Positions 47,898 to 56,954 of a stretch of DNA of 64,000 nucleotides are shown in pieces (within the stretch, counting starts at the first letter, position 1; every line of letters starts with the position of its first letter). The notes beneath the pieces were generated by a model. The model saw only the letters and a program-made list of their open reading frames with translations. It was not told where the DNA came from and made no database searches. Location of the stretch: the IMG/VR virus record IMGVR_UViG_3300044646_001664. One strand, written 5' to 3'. Position numbers and translations under genes: made by a program. The DNA comes from an uncultured virus (IMG/VR IMGVR_UViG_3300044646_001664) (taxonomy: Duplodnaviria; Heunggongvirae; Uroviricota; Caudoviricetes).

Positions 47898-48539
47898 CCC
47901 CGGGTTTTCTTTCTTTAAATAATAACACATGATTGCTTCATTAAGAAAGATTGACTTTTTCCCCAGTTTCCTGTAAAATATTAACATGACCACAATTAAC
48001 AAACCACTAACCATAGACGGCCTAATAATGAATATATATGAGGACAACTCTGAACATTTTGACTTTATATATAGCATGAATAATGGAGACTGCGATTGTT
48101 GTCTTCACTTTGCAATGAATTTGATTAAGGAGTATGATAGATAATGTTAGGTTATACATATAAAGATATACAGGCCTTTGGTAATAGTTTAACTTGGGCT
48201 ATTGATACCGCCAAAAACCAGGGGGATGAACAAAACTATAAACAATTACTAATAGTATGGGACTTCTTTGAGGGACTACTAGCAGAAGGTTACATAGATG
48301 AGAACACATACTATGGATAATGGCGAGATCTTAGATAAGATTATAGAACTTATAAACACAGACGGAGAGATCATGTCTGATGAAGAGGTTGTTAATAATA
48401 TTAGGGGACTTCTTGAGACTAACCCTCAAACCTATTGGGGAGCAAGCCAAAGCAGTGTGATGTAGATCACCTTACGATATCTTGTAATTTTTCCCAGTTC
48501 GTAGTAAAATTGTATTAAGAACCTAAAGAAAGAGACCCA

Positions 48540-48863
48540 ATGCCAAACCTTATACAACTTACAGAGGATGAATGGTTTGAACAGTTCAAGCCTATCCCAA
48601 ACCATTTAGACGAGAATGCCTCATTCAATGACGGTGAGCACGGCTATATGTTTGAGACATATGGTGATGAAGTAGAGTTTGTTAGGGACCATGTGTTCTT
48701 ACATCCCAACACTGTATGGACTTACTATGACGGAGATAACGGTGGTACGTATATCTCTGACGGTATGCATATGGTTAATAGGATTGGTTACTTTGTAACT
48801 ACCGTTCCCTATGATGACAGCCAGTATTATCAGATACAACTAATTGCAGGAAAGGACGACTAA
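48540..48863 (+). CDS. Hypothetical early protein
   Basis: FETYG.E...V...VWT...G.H.VNR.GY..T..P motif, seen in phage proteins. Confidence 0.65.
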   Translation: MPNLIQLTEDEWFEQFKPIPNHLDENASFNDGEHGYMFETYGDEVEFVRDHVFLHPNTVWTYYDGDNGGTYISDGMHMVNRIGYFVTTVPYDDSQYYQIQLIAGKDD

Positions 48864-49420
48864 TGCATACCCTACACTATATAGCAGTTGAAGCAGATAA
48901 CAAGCAAGAGGCTTTTGACAAAGTTGTTGTAAGCCTACAAACAAACGAAGACGGATACCGCATAGGCGATTGGTCAGATTGGCACGTCGTTGGCGGAGGA
49001 AGGTGGAGCACTAATGCACAAAAATCTAAAGACTTTATGGACGGTTATAACCATGACAGTACTGATGTTATTGGCTATGCTAAAAATAAAGAAAAGTTCC
49101 AAGAAGTAATTAAGGACATCTTACGCTTTCGCTCTCAGAGTATGAACAGGAACATAGTAGAGATTAAGACTGATAAGTTTATTAGTCAAATGGTCGACTA
49201 TGCTTCAGAGGGTGGGAGAGGTCCCTGGAATGGGGATACTCTAATGAATGTTTATTCTATCAAACAGGCAGCAGAAATGCTAATGGGTTCTTGGACATGT
49301 GATAGTGGGTTTTACGATCTTGAAGAACATGTCTCCGAATTTGAGTATTTAAATGAGCGACTTGACAAACCTGATCGAGCCGTGAGACAATATCTAGTAC
49401 CAGTTGACTTCCACTTCTAA
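48863..49420 (+). CDS. Hypothetical early protein
   Basis: WSDW.VVGGGRWS, C-terminal VDFH. Confidence 0.65.
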   Translation: MHTLHYIAVEADNKQEAFDKVVVSLQTNEDGYRIGDWSDWHVVGGGRWSTNAQKSKDFMDGYNHDSTDVIGYAKNKEKFQEVIKDILRFRSQSMNRNIVEIKTDKFISQMVDYASEGGRGPWNGDTLMNVYSIKQAAEMLMGSWTCDSGFYDLEEHVSEFEYLNERLDKPDRAVRQYLVPVDFHF

Positions 49421-49429
49421 GGAGACCTA

Positions 49430-49747
49430 ATGATAAAAACAAAAGATTTAATCTTAGCAGGACATTTTGCAGTTGATAGCGGTCAGGCCATGGTAGGCGA
49501 CCCATGCTATATTGATAATTGGGATACCAACAAAAATGATGATTGGAATATTGACGGCAAAGAAGGTCAATACTCTTATCATGGTGCTAGTGCTACTACC
49601 CTTGCTAATTCATATGGCGAGTTAGGTAATGGCACGGCAGTAGTATTTAATACAGGTTATGGCGATGGCCTATATCCAGTATATGTCCAGATGAACGATG
49701 ACGGCAGAGTTTCTAAAGTTGTAATCGATTTCGAAGGGGACCTATAA
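49430..49747 (+). CDS. DUF4241-like protein
   Basis: VDSGQ....DP and TGYGDG.YPVY motifs. Confidence 0.7.
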   Translation: MIKTKDLILAGHFAVDSGQAMVGDPCYIDNWDTNKNDDWNIDGKEGQYSYHGASATTLANSYGELGNGTAVVFNTGYGDGLYPVYVQMNDDGRVSKVVIDFEGDL

Positions 49748-49892
49748 TGGCTACATGGGATGTTGAAATAATCTTTGAACCCACAGGTACTTATATGAAT
49801 TTTGAATATGAGACTGACACCGAAGACGAGAACGATATTTTTAATGAGATAACAAACCAAATATCAATCATACCTGAAAGGACGGATGCATA

Positions 49893-50291
49893 ATGGGAGC
49901 ACGTTGTACATTCATATTTAAACAATCAGAGGATCTAGCAGTAGCGCTGTATAGCCATTGGGGTGAAGACAGCATGTATGTGGATCTTGCTAAGGCCCTT
50001 CAGCATGCGACGGTACGTAAAGGTGATACAGAATACTATACCCGCATGGCTATTAGTTATCTATTGCAAGACTCTATCTTGGATGAAACAGGGTTTGGTA
50101 TCTATGCCTGCAATCCTAATGACTTAGGGTTTGCGGACCACCCAATATTAATCGATCTCACAGATAATACTATTAGTCATGATGGTGTAGACCACAAAGA
50201 CATTGATAGTTTTATTACTTATAATTTGCCCAGCAGTGCTCTCTCCACTGTGGGGGCTTCATCAGCGGAGGTTGGGGTCACCTCTCGCTAG
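49893..50291 (+). CDS. Hypothetical early protein
   Basis: MGAR...LYSHWG motif. Confidence 0.6.
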   Translation: MGARCTFIFKQSEDLAVALYSHWGEDSMYVDLAKALQHATVRKGDTEYYTRMAISYLLQDSILDETGFGIYACNPNDLGFADHPILIDLTDNTISHDGVDHKDIDSFITYNLPSSALSTVGASSAEVGVTSR

Positions 50292-50365
50292 CAATATGGG
50301 GAGGGCGTTAACTGTGGTGGGTTGCGCTTTCCCTTTTCCTTTGGTATAATTTAGATAGGGGTTTC

Positions 50366-50599
50366 ATGTATCGTATTAACAGAGTAAAGCGACAGACCAA
50401 TGAGGAAAAGGTTGCGGTTGGAATTGGCAAATTGCTATCTGACTTTTACCTTGACTTAGAAAAGGTTGGCTATTACTTGGCTACAGCAACTCCTTATTTA
50501 ATTTATCGCAGGTCATTAGAAGTATTAGAAAGCGCACAGTTCCAAGAGGACAAGATAGAGCAAAACAGATTGGGGTATGATAGTGACCGACTTCCGTAA
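50366..50599 (+). CDS. Hypothetical protein
   Basis: ORF after TGGTATAAT. Confidence 0.55.
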   Translation: MYRINRVKRQTNEEKVAVGIGKLLSDFYLDLEKVGYYLATATPYLIYRRSLEVLESAQFQEDKIEQNRLGYDSDRLP

Positions 50600-50861
50600 T
50601 GTATGTGAGATTTTAGGAAAACTTTATTCCGTATATAAAGATGATGAAGAGTTTAAAGACTTCATAGAGTTTAATGACTTAGGGCTACCGCTTGCTTACT
50701 TTGTTTCTGAGAACCTTTGTGAGGTAGCAGATGACGGGGCACGGTATATAACAGAAACATGGGCACTATTCTTAGCAGGGTTAAACCTAGAGGATACTGG
50801 CTTCTCTGATTTAGATGAGGTCTTTGAGAGTGCAGAGGAGAAGAACAATGGAACTGAGTAA
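50577..50861 (+). CDS. Acidic hypothetical protein
   Basis: F..FNDLGLPLAY motif. Confidence 0.55.
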   Translation: MIVTDFRNVCEILGKLYSVYKDDEEFKDFIEFNDLGLPLAYFVSENLCEVADDGARYITETWALFLAGLNLEDTGFSDLDEVFESAEEKNNGTE

Positions 50862-51419
50862 TAACTATTTAGATGAACAGTTACTTAAAGCCCAACAGTT
50901 GCTATGGTCTGGCTCTCTACATGAAGTGGACCAGGCACACAACATCATTGCTAACTTAATTAAAGATCGCCTACCAGCATAGGAAAAACCCGGTATCAAT
51001 TACCAAACCTTCAAACCTTATTTACGAAAAAGACATTAAGAACCCAATTCAAAAAATCCCAGAAAGTTTGACAAACCTTCAAACCTTTATATTTAAAGAT
51101 AGTATAATATATATATGAGTCCTCGTAACTACTATAGTAAGAATCGTATTGATAGATATAATATGAGTCCTTCTTTTGTATCTACCGCTTCAGGTATGGC
51201 AGAGAAAAAGGTAGAGAGGTTTGTTACTAGGGTATTACGATCCATCTTTAAGTCCCGCCGTCGCAATAAATCATAGTACTAATAGACATTACGAAGCGGG
51301 AAAAAAAATCCCAGAAATATACAGATTATTCCCATAATTACCAAACCTTTCTAGATTTTTTCTGGGGTTTTTCCTACATTTTCCTACATTTTCTGGGCAT
51401 TTTTATAGGGGTTTTTTAC

Positions 51420-51448
51420 TTGACAAACCATGGTATTGGGGGTATAAT
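51420..51448 (+). promoter_or_regulatory. Perfect consensus promoter with no protein gene directly downstream
   Basis: TTGACA-N17-TATAAT. Confidence 0.8.
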
Positions 51449-51454
51449 GCATGC

Positions 51455-51652
51455 CGCATATGGGGATAGGAAGGTTTGGGATAGGGAGGTTTGGCCGCCA
51501 GAGGATTACGACGCCATCTATAAAATCGCCCAATCCCCCACTATGCTCCACTTTCCTCCATTCTAACCCAATCTAAAAAATGTCAGTAAGGATTATCTTT
51601 CATACCAAACCTCCAAACCACCTATTTAAAAGCCTTCCAAGCCCTATTTGCG
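51455..51652 (+). ncRNA. Candidate ~200-nt structured non-coding RNA
   Basis: Starts at the predicted +1; 5' and 3' arms pair in four colinear helices. Confidence 0.55.
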
Positions 51653-51796
51653 ACGGTATTTAACCATCTCGCTGGTTCCCAAACCAGACATATCTGGCTA
51701 TCTGAGATATGGGGATAGGGGGATATAAGGTTTGTTATTACACTGGGGATTATGATACTCCTTCTGTACCCGCCAAAAATAGGATACAATAAGTTT

Positions 51797-52411
51797 ATGT
51801 CTAATACTGGTTGGCTGGGATCAAGGTTTGGTAAAGGGCATTACCCAAATTGGTTTGAAGCATCAGGTCAATATAACTTTGAAGAATTCTTGTCTGAGTA
51901 TAAAGATAAACCTAACTTAAACTATCTTCAATTAGGTGTCTTTACTGGAGATACAAGTTACTGGCTAATGAATCATGTATTAACCCATGAAACCTCACAT
52001 TTAACGGATGTTGATACTTGGCTAGGATCATCTGCTGAAAGCGATGTTCATGATAATTATGACTTTGAAGATGTCTATCAATTATATTTAAGTAGGATGC
52101 AACCATTTTCTCCTCGTGTTCATAGTGAAAGATCTACAACCTTTGATTTTTTAAATGCTGAAAAAAACAACACCTATGATTTTATTTACATTGATGCAGA
52201 TCATGTTGCCAGTAACGTATTAAGTGATGCCGAACTGTCTTGGCCATTATTAAAGACTGGTGGAATTCTTGCATTTGATGACTACTCTTGGGGTGATGAA
52301 AAACCTGCTCACCTAAGACCTAAAACTGCTATTTTGTCATTTGTTGAAAAATACAAAAATGAAATAGAAACAATGGCTATGAACCATCAATATTGGATTA
52401 AAAAAATATAA
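51797..52411 (+). CDS. Class I SAM-dependent methyltransferase (Methyltransf_24-like)
   Basis: LQLGVFTG, VDTW.GS, YDFIYIDADH, LKTGGILAFDDY. Confidence 0.85.
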   Translation: MSNTGWLGSRFGKGHYPNWFEASGQYNFEEFLSEYKDKPNLNYLQLGVFTGDTSYWLMNHVLTHETSHLTDVDTWLGSSAESDVHDNYDFEDVYQLYLSRMQPFSPRVHSERSTTFDFLNAEKNNTYDFIYIDADHVASNVLSDAELSWPLLKTGGILAFDDYSWGDEKPAHLRPKTAILSFVEKYKNEIETMAMNHQYWIKKI

Positions 52412-52646
52412 CTGTTTACTATCTATGGTATTACGATCTTTCTTGCTATTCCCGCCGATTTATGGTATGCTTAATGTAAACAGAAGGGAAAATTATGACA
52501 ACAGAAATGATACATGAAATAATGCAAGAAATGTTTAGCAATGAAAAATCAGGTGGACTTTTCTATATTGAAAGCGACAAAGTTAATAAAATAATTCAAA
52601 GTTACTTTCCAAAGGCTTTTGAATCATTTGAACCTGCTTACTAATA

Positions 52647-53015
52647 ATGAAATCTAAAAAAGAAATAGATTGGTCTGAAGCAGAAGAACGAGCAAGGGCT
52701 AGCCTTAATAGAAATAAATCCGCTATTGAGGCTACTGCCTTTGGGACACCTGCTAACTGGTCTAGACCTGTTTATAACAAACCTTTAATTGCTCCAGATC
52801 CTAGCGCTCCTGACACTCATGTCAAAACTCATAAATTAAATAAAAAACAACGTAAAAAATATAACAAAACCTTTGTACCCAAACAAAAAGCAAAGGCTAG
52901 AAAATCAGATGAAAGTGGTGGTTTACCAGTGGTCAATAAAAATGTTAATCTTTGGGTTGAATTAAATGAACAAGATAAAGGTTTTATATCAAATTGGAAG
53001 TGGCACAATGGGTAA
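52647..53015 (+). CDS. Basic hypothetical protein
   Basis: 122-aa ORF. Confidence 0.45.
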   Translation: MKSKKEIDWSEAEERARASLNRNKSAIEATAFGTPANWSRPVYNKPLIAPDPSAPDTHVKTHKLNKKQRKKYNKTFVPKQKAKARKSDESGGLPVVNKNVNLWVELNEQDKGFISNWKWHNG

Positions 53016-53803
53016 TGTAGATTATGACAAACCAATTAACCAGTATATCTTTCAATCTTGTATTAATTGCGGAAGGTTTATTAGGACAAAAGACAAGGTT
53101 AGATTAACCCTATTTATGTACGATCATTATGGGGAAAAGGGTATTAGACGTTGTTCTAATAAGTGGTACGGAGAGTTTGTTTATACCCTGCTAAACTGGA
53201 GGTATCGAAATGCATGAATCAATGGATACAAACCTTACTTGGGATGACGGGGATATTTGGAAAGGCTGGACATATAGCATTGAAAACAATCGTTATTACT
53301 TTGATGATATTGGAGATGAGTCTTTAGATACCCTTTGGAATAGTGAGTTCTTGATGCGGGGTAATTAGAGATACTAACCGCTATTGCCCTCTTAGGGCAG
53401 GGGAAGGTTTGTTACCTCCTATTTTGCCGCCGAACTCAAACCGTGATACACTTATAATATGAAAAAAAACAATGCGATTATTTCCCAGAAAAAACTTAGA
53501 CGGTATGCCAAAAACAAAAAGCGTATGTCTAACAAACCATATCACAGCATGTCCAAATTTGAAAGAAGCCAGGAAGATGTTAGGCAGCGTATCATAGCCC
53601 AATCCTTGGCAAATGCATCAAGGTCTTAAAGTTTAATATCAAAACTTTCGTTACATTTTTTACAATATGAGGTAGGATCATGCTTGGTATGATAAGTGGT
53701 TGATACTAAAAATACCAAACCCTGCTTATGCATATCTACATACTTGGGGTTAGCGTATCCGTATAATATTGGAATTAACGGGGTATTGCAATGCGGACAC
53801 ATA

Positions 53804-54142
53804 TCAAGGTCTTATCCTATATGAGTATGTATTAAGGGGATCGTAGTTGGTTCCACCAGTACTTTTGTTATACCGTGCCGCAAGTGAGTTATATCTATTA
53901 ACAATATCATCAATTACGGAGTTTGCGTTATCTACCGTCCGACTATGGGCGTCTTGTTCTCTTATTAAATCAAGACGGCTGCTTGCAATAATATCACTTG
54001 TGTATCTTATGCAGTAATTGCTTTGATCTAGACTCATCTTACGAGAGTGCTTTAGGTCCCCCCCCAAAAATAACAAGGCAGTAGATAGTATTACGATTAG
54101 AAAAATTTGTACCCAAACCAAGGTTTTCATCTTTATACTCAT
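53804..54142 (-). CDS. Membrane-anchored coiled-coil protein
   Basis: N-terminal TM helix. Confidence 0.5.
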   Translation of the reverse strand: MSIKMKTLVWVQIFLIVILSTALLFLGGDLKHSRKMSLDQSNYCIRYTSDIIASSRLDLIREQDAHSRTVDNANSVIDDIVNRYNSLAARYNKSTGGTNYDPLNTYSYRIRP

Positions 54143-54216
54143 ACCCTACAATTATAGCGTATCTTGATAGTATGGGCAAACTTTACAAATTGGTAGATCT
54201 TTGCTATACTGGAATT

Positions 54217-54318
54217 ATGGCTCATATAATTGTTTGTCCAGTATGTAAAAAACAAATAGAGTCTAGGTCTAGCATGGCTTCGCAAACCTTAACTAACCAC
54301 ATGAAGGAGCATAAATGA
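54217..54318 (+). CDS. C2H2 zinc-finger micro-protein (33 aa)
   Basis: CPVC...LTNHMKEH; leaderless TGCTATACT-N6-ATG. Confidence 0.55.
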   Translation: MAHIIVCPVCKKQIESRSSMASQTLTNHMKEHK

Positions 54319-54855
54319 ACTATGAGGATATAGTCCAGATGGCTGTTACTATGACTGAGATGGATAATGGGGTTTCTTTAAATCCCGCCGAAAGACAGGC
54401 TATGGTAAATAGAATTTTGGGCAAGGTAGAAAAAGAATTAGGTGTATAATAAAAATATGAAAAAATTTATTAAAAAACAAAAGACCAATAACCTAGTATT
54501 AAGATTCATAGGAAATGTTTCTGGATCAATCTTTACCTTTTTTCTTATTAGAGAGATTAGGGCTGAGGATAAAAATCATATTATAAGAGCAAAAATGTTT
54601 GCTAAAATATGTAATCCTTTTGGTAAAGCACAAAATAAATGGGCTACTTACTATATCTAAGATAGTTTGATATACTAGATATATGGGGAAACTACTTAGT
54701 ATATTTATTGCATTTTTAATTTCCCTTGGTCTTTGGAAATTATGGACAAAGGTAGTTGATTCTTTTTATGAATGATTATTGCAATAGTTGTAACAATAAA
54801 TTAATTAATGGTGATTGTGGATTTTGTTTAAATAATTCTAATGCATTAAGGGAGT

Positions 54856-55080
54856 TTGAAGAAGAAAATGAGTAACTGGACCGAAGAACTATCAGATGAA
54901 CACAAAGAACAAATTTGGCATTTTATTGTGGAGACTGTTAAAGAAATTCGTGAACAGATTGCTCAAGACATTGAAGGTACCAGTGACCTATGGAAGGCTA
55001 AGGGTCTTAATAAGTCTCGTCGTACAACAAAAGCATTTGAAATATCTGCAGCCATAGCAAGAGGACAAAATGAAATTTAA
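54856..55080 (+). CDS. Hypothetical protein
   Basis: IREQIA.DIE...A.IARG motif. Confidence 0.5.
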   Translation: MKKKMSNWTEELSDEHKEQIWHFIVETVKEIREQIAQDIEGTSDLWKAKGLNKSRRTTKAFEISAAIARGQNEI

Positions 55081-55158
55081 TGATTTTATCAAGAACATTT
55101 TAATTTCTGTTGTTATAATTTTTATTGCAGCAATATTTTTTAGTACTAAGGATTAATT

Positions 55159-55428
55159 ATGAATGCAGAAGAAATAATCCAAACCATAAAAGACCAGTAT
55201 TACCTTTGCCCCAACATAGACGATGATGTTTGCTATACATGGTGGAAACATGATGAGTGTGAAACATTACGATCACTTCTTTATACCGTCACAAAAGATC
55301 TAAGGTATGTAGAACCATTAAGTAAGTTAAGACCAAATGTAAAAGAGGCTATTGAAGAAATGTTAAGTGATCCAGAGAGCCAAGCATTAATGGAACGATT
55401 AAAGTATATGGAAGATAATGGAATCTAA
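55159..55428 (+). CDS. Hypothetical protein
   Basis: 89-aa ORF. Confidence 0.45.
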   Translation: MNAEEIIQTIKDQYYLCPNIDDDVCYTWWKHDECETLRSLLYTVTKDLRYVEPLSKLRPNVKEAIEEMLSDPESQALMERLKYMEDNGI

Positions 55429-56200
55429 TTTAAAAACCAGCATATTAGATACGTTAGAATATTCTAAACAATTAATTATTTCTCCTGATATTGATGGATT
55501 TATGACTGCTAAGTTAATTAATCGATACAATGGGTCAGTTGTTGTTGGAGCATACGATAAAAACATTTTAACTATTGCTGATGGAATTAATCCAGAAGAT
55601 TGTCTTTTTGTGGATTGTGATATGAATACGCCAGAGTTTGTCTCTATTGGTAACCATATGCGGTTGCCTTCTGACAACATTTCTATTAATTCTTTTAATC
55701 CAAACCTACACTTTGAAGTAATAAAGTATACAGATAAATTTCCTTATGCTACTTGTTTTTTAATAACATTTGCAACTGGTGTAACTACCTCTGATCTTGA
55801 TAAGAATTTTATGGCTTACGCAGATTCCACATACAAGAATTTAATAAATTATGAAAGAAATATGAAGAGTTGGTCTACAAGAATATATCACAATGAAGTA
55901 GAAAGAGTGTTAAATCCAAAACCTTCTGATCATAACGAAAGACTATGGATAGAAAAAACATATCCAAAACAATCATTTCTTTCAAAACAGTTTGGCAAAA
56001 CTAGATATATACAAGCACTAAATAATTCATTGGCATCAGAAAATATAGAACATTTGCCAATTATGCATGGTAAAAAATATAAAACAGGCTTAGTAGATAA
56101 GAATACTGTGACACGATATAACAAAGATATGATCTCATATGCAGAAATATACTCTGGAGAATACTCTGTTACGTATAATCAGATAGCCGATTGGGAGTAG
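55418..56200 (+). CDS. Divergent DHH-like phosphoesterase-fold protein
   Basis: SPDIDG and FVDCD motifs; NH where DHH is expected. Confidence 0.4.
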   Translation: MESNLKTSILDTLEYSKQLIISPDIDGFMTAKLINRYNGSVVVGAYDKNILTIADGINPEDCLFVDCDMNTPEFVSIGNHMRLPSDNISINSFNPNLHFEVIKYTDKFPYATCFLITFATGVTTSDLDKNFMAYADSTYKNLINYERNMKSWSTRIYHNEVERVLNPKPSDHNERLWIEKTYPKQSFLSKQFGKTRYIQALNNSLASENIEHLPIMHGKKYKTGLVDKNTVTRYNKDMISYAEIYSGEYSVTYNQIADWE

Positions 56201-56202
56201 GA

Positions 56203-56895
56203 TTACTGTTCGTAAGGGCTAGGGTTTGTTAGTAATTCTTTAAATATATTATCAACCATTATAGTTAAACCTGTATCTTCTGTTGATAAATAAATAGAAT
56301 TTTTAGTTATTTGTGCTGATCTTGCAGCATGCCTTTTGTTTTTATATACTTTAACATCTTCCATTTGACTACCCCCAACATTAAATAAATTACCATACAT
56401 TGATCTCCATAAACATTCTGGATATTGGTTTAATATATAAAGTAATCCCGCTTTATGCATTGGCATTGGTACGTGTAACTCATAGTCTAATGGTTTTGTA
56501 AACCCCAACTTGTTTAATTTATTGTTTGTTGTTATAAGTTTTCTAATATACATTGATGATCCAGTAATCTTTGTAAACTTATCTATTTTTTCAGACAACA
56601 GCCCATTGTAAAATTGTTCTATTGTTTCTATTTTTTTAATAATAAAAAAATCATCATTCATTAATATAAAATTATCAGATATATCTGAGGTATCGCAAAC
56701 AGCCTTTAAATTATTTACAGCATTAGCATATTTGTTATCATTTTGTTCTAAAAAAACATGATTGCCAGAATACCATTTTGGCTTTCCACCTACGACCCAA
56801 ACCTTTGCCTCTGGAAAACTAAGCAAGACAGACCTAATGGAGTATCTTAACTCTTCATTTTCTCCATCACGACAAATATAAACAAAATCCATCAA
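56203..56895 (-). CDS. Stealth-like hexose-phosphotransferase
   Basis: DFVY, ELRYSIRS, FILMNDDFF, HVP.P motifs. Confidence 0.7.
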   Translation of the reverse strand: MMDFVYICRDGENEELRYSIRSVLLSFPEAKVWVVGGKPKWYSGNHVFLEQNDNKYANAVNNLKAVCDTSDISDNFILMNDDFFIIKKIETIEQFYNGLLSEKIDKFTKITGSSMYIRKLITTNNKLNKLGFTKPLDYELHVPMPMHKAGLLYILNQYPECLWRSMYGNLFNVGGSQMEDVKVYKNKRHAARSAQITKNSIYLSTEDTGLTIMVDNIFKELLTNPSPYEQ

Positions 56896-56954
56896 ATACC
56901 CCGCTTTCTTATAAGTATATCAGAATCTGGTATACTGTTATAAACACAGAATGG

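Larger units (their letters stand above)
51001..51830. repeat. Largely non-coding region with clustered CAAACCT, ATTACGA and AAAATCCCAGAAA repeats
   Basis: About ten CAAACCT/AGGTTTG copies, including tandem CAAACCTTCAAACCTT at 51004 and 51072. Confidence 0.65.

Noticed and set aside
50224..50300. Hammerhead ribozyme on the minus strand (CTGATGA-AGCCC...GGGC-AAA)
   Set aside because: GAAA core is incomplete (GGGCAAA), no stem III can be formed, and neighbouring G-U pairs favour the + strand
51581..51602. TGTCAG as a seventh PafBC-type promoter
   Set aside because: No TANNNT at the 10-nt spacing
51769..54405. CCCGCC upstream of -10 hexamers as a promoter element
   Set aside because: Spacing varies (9, 10, 11 nt) across only three cases
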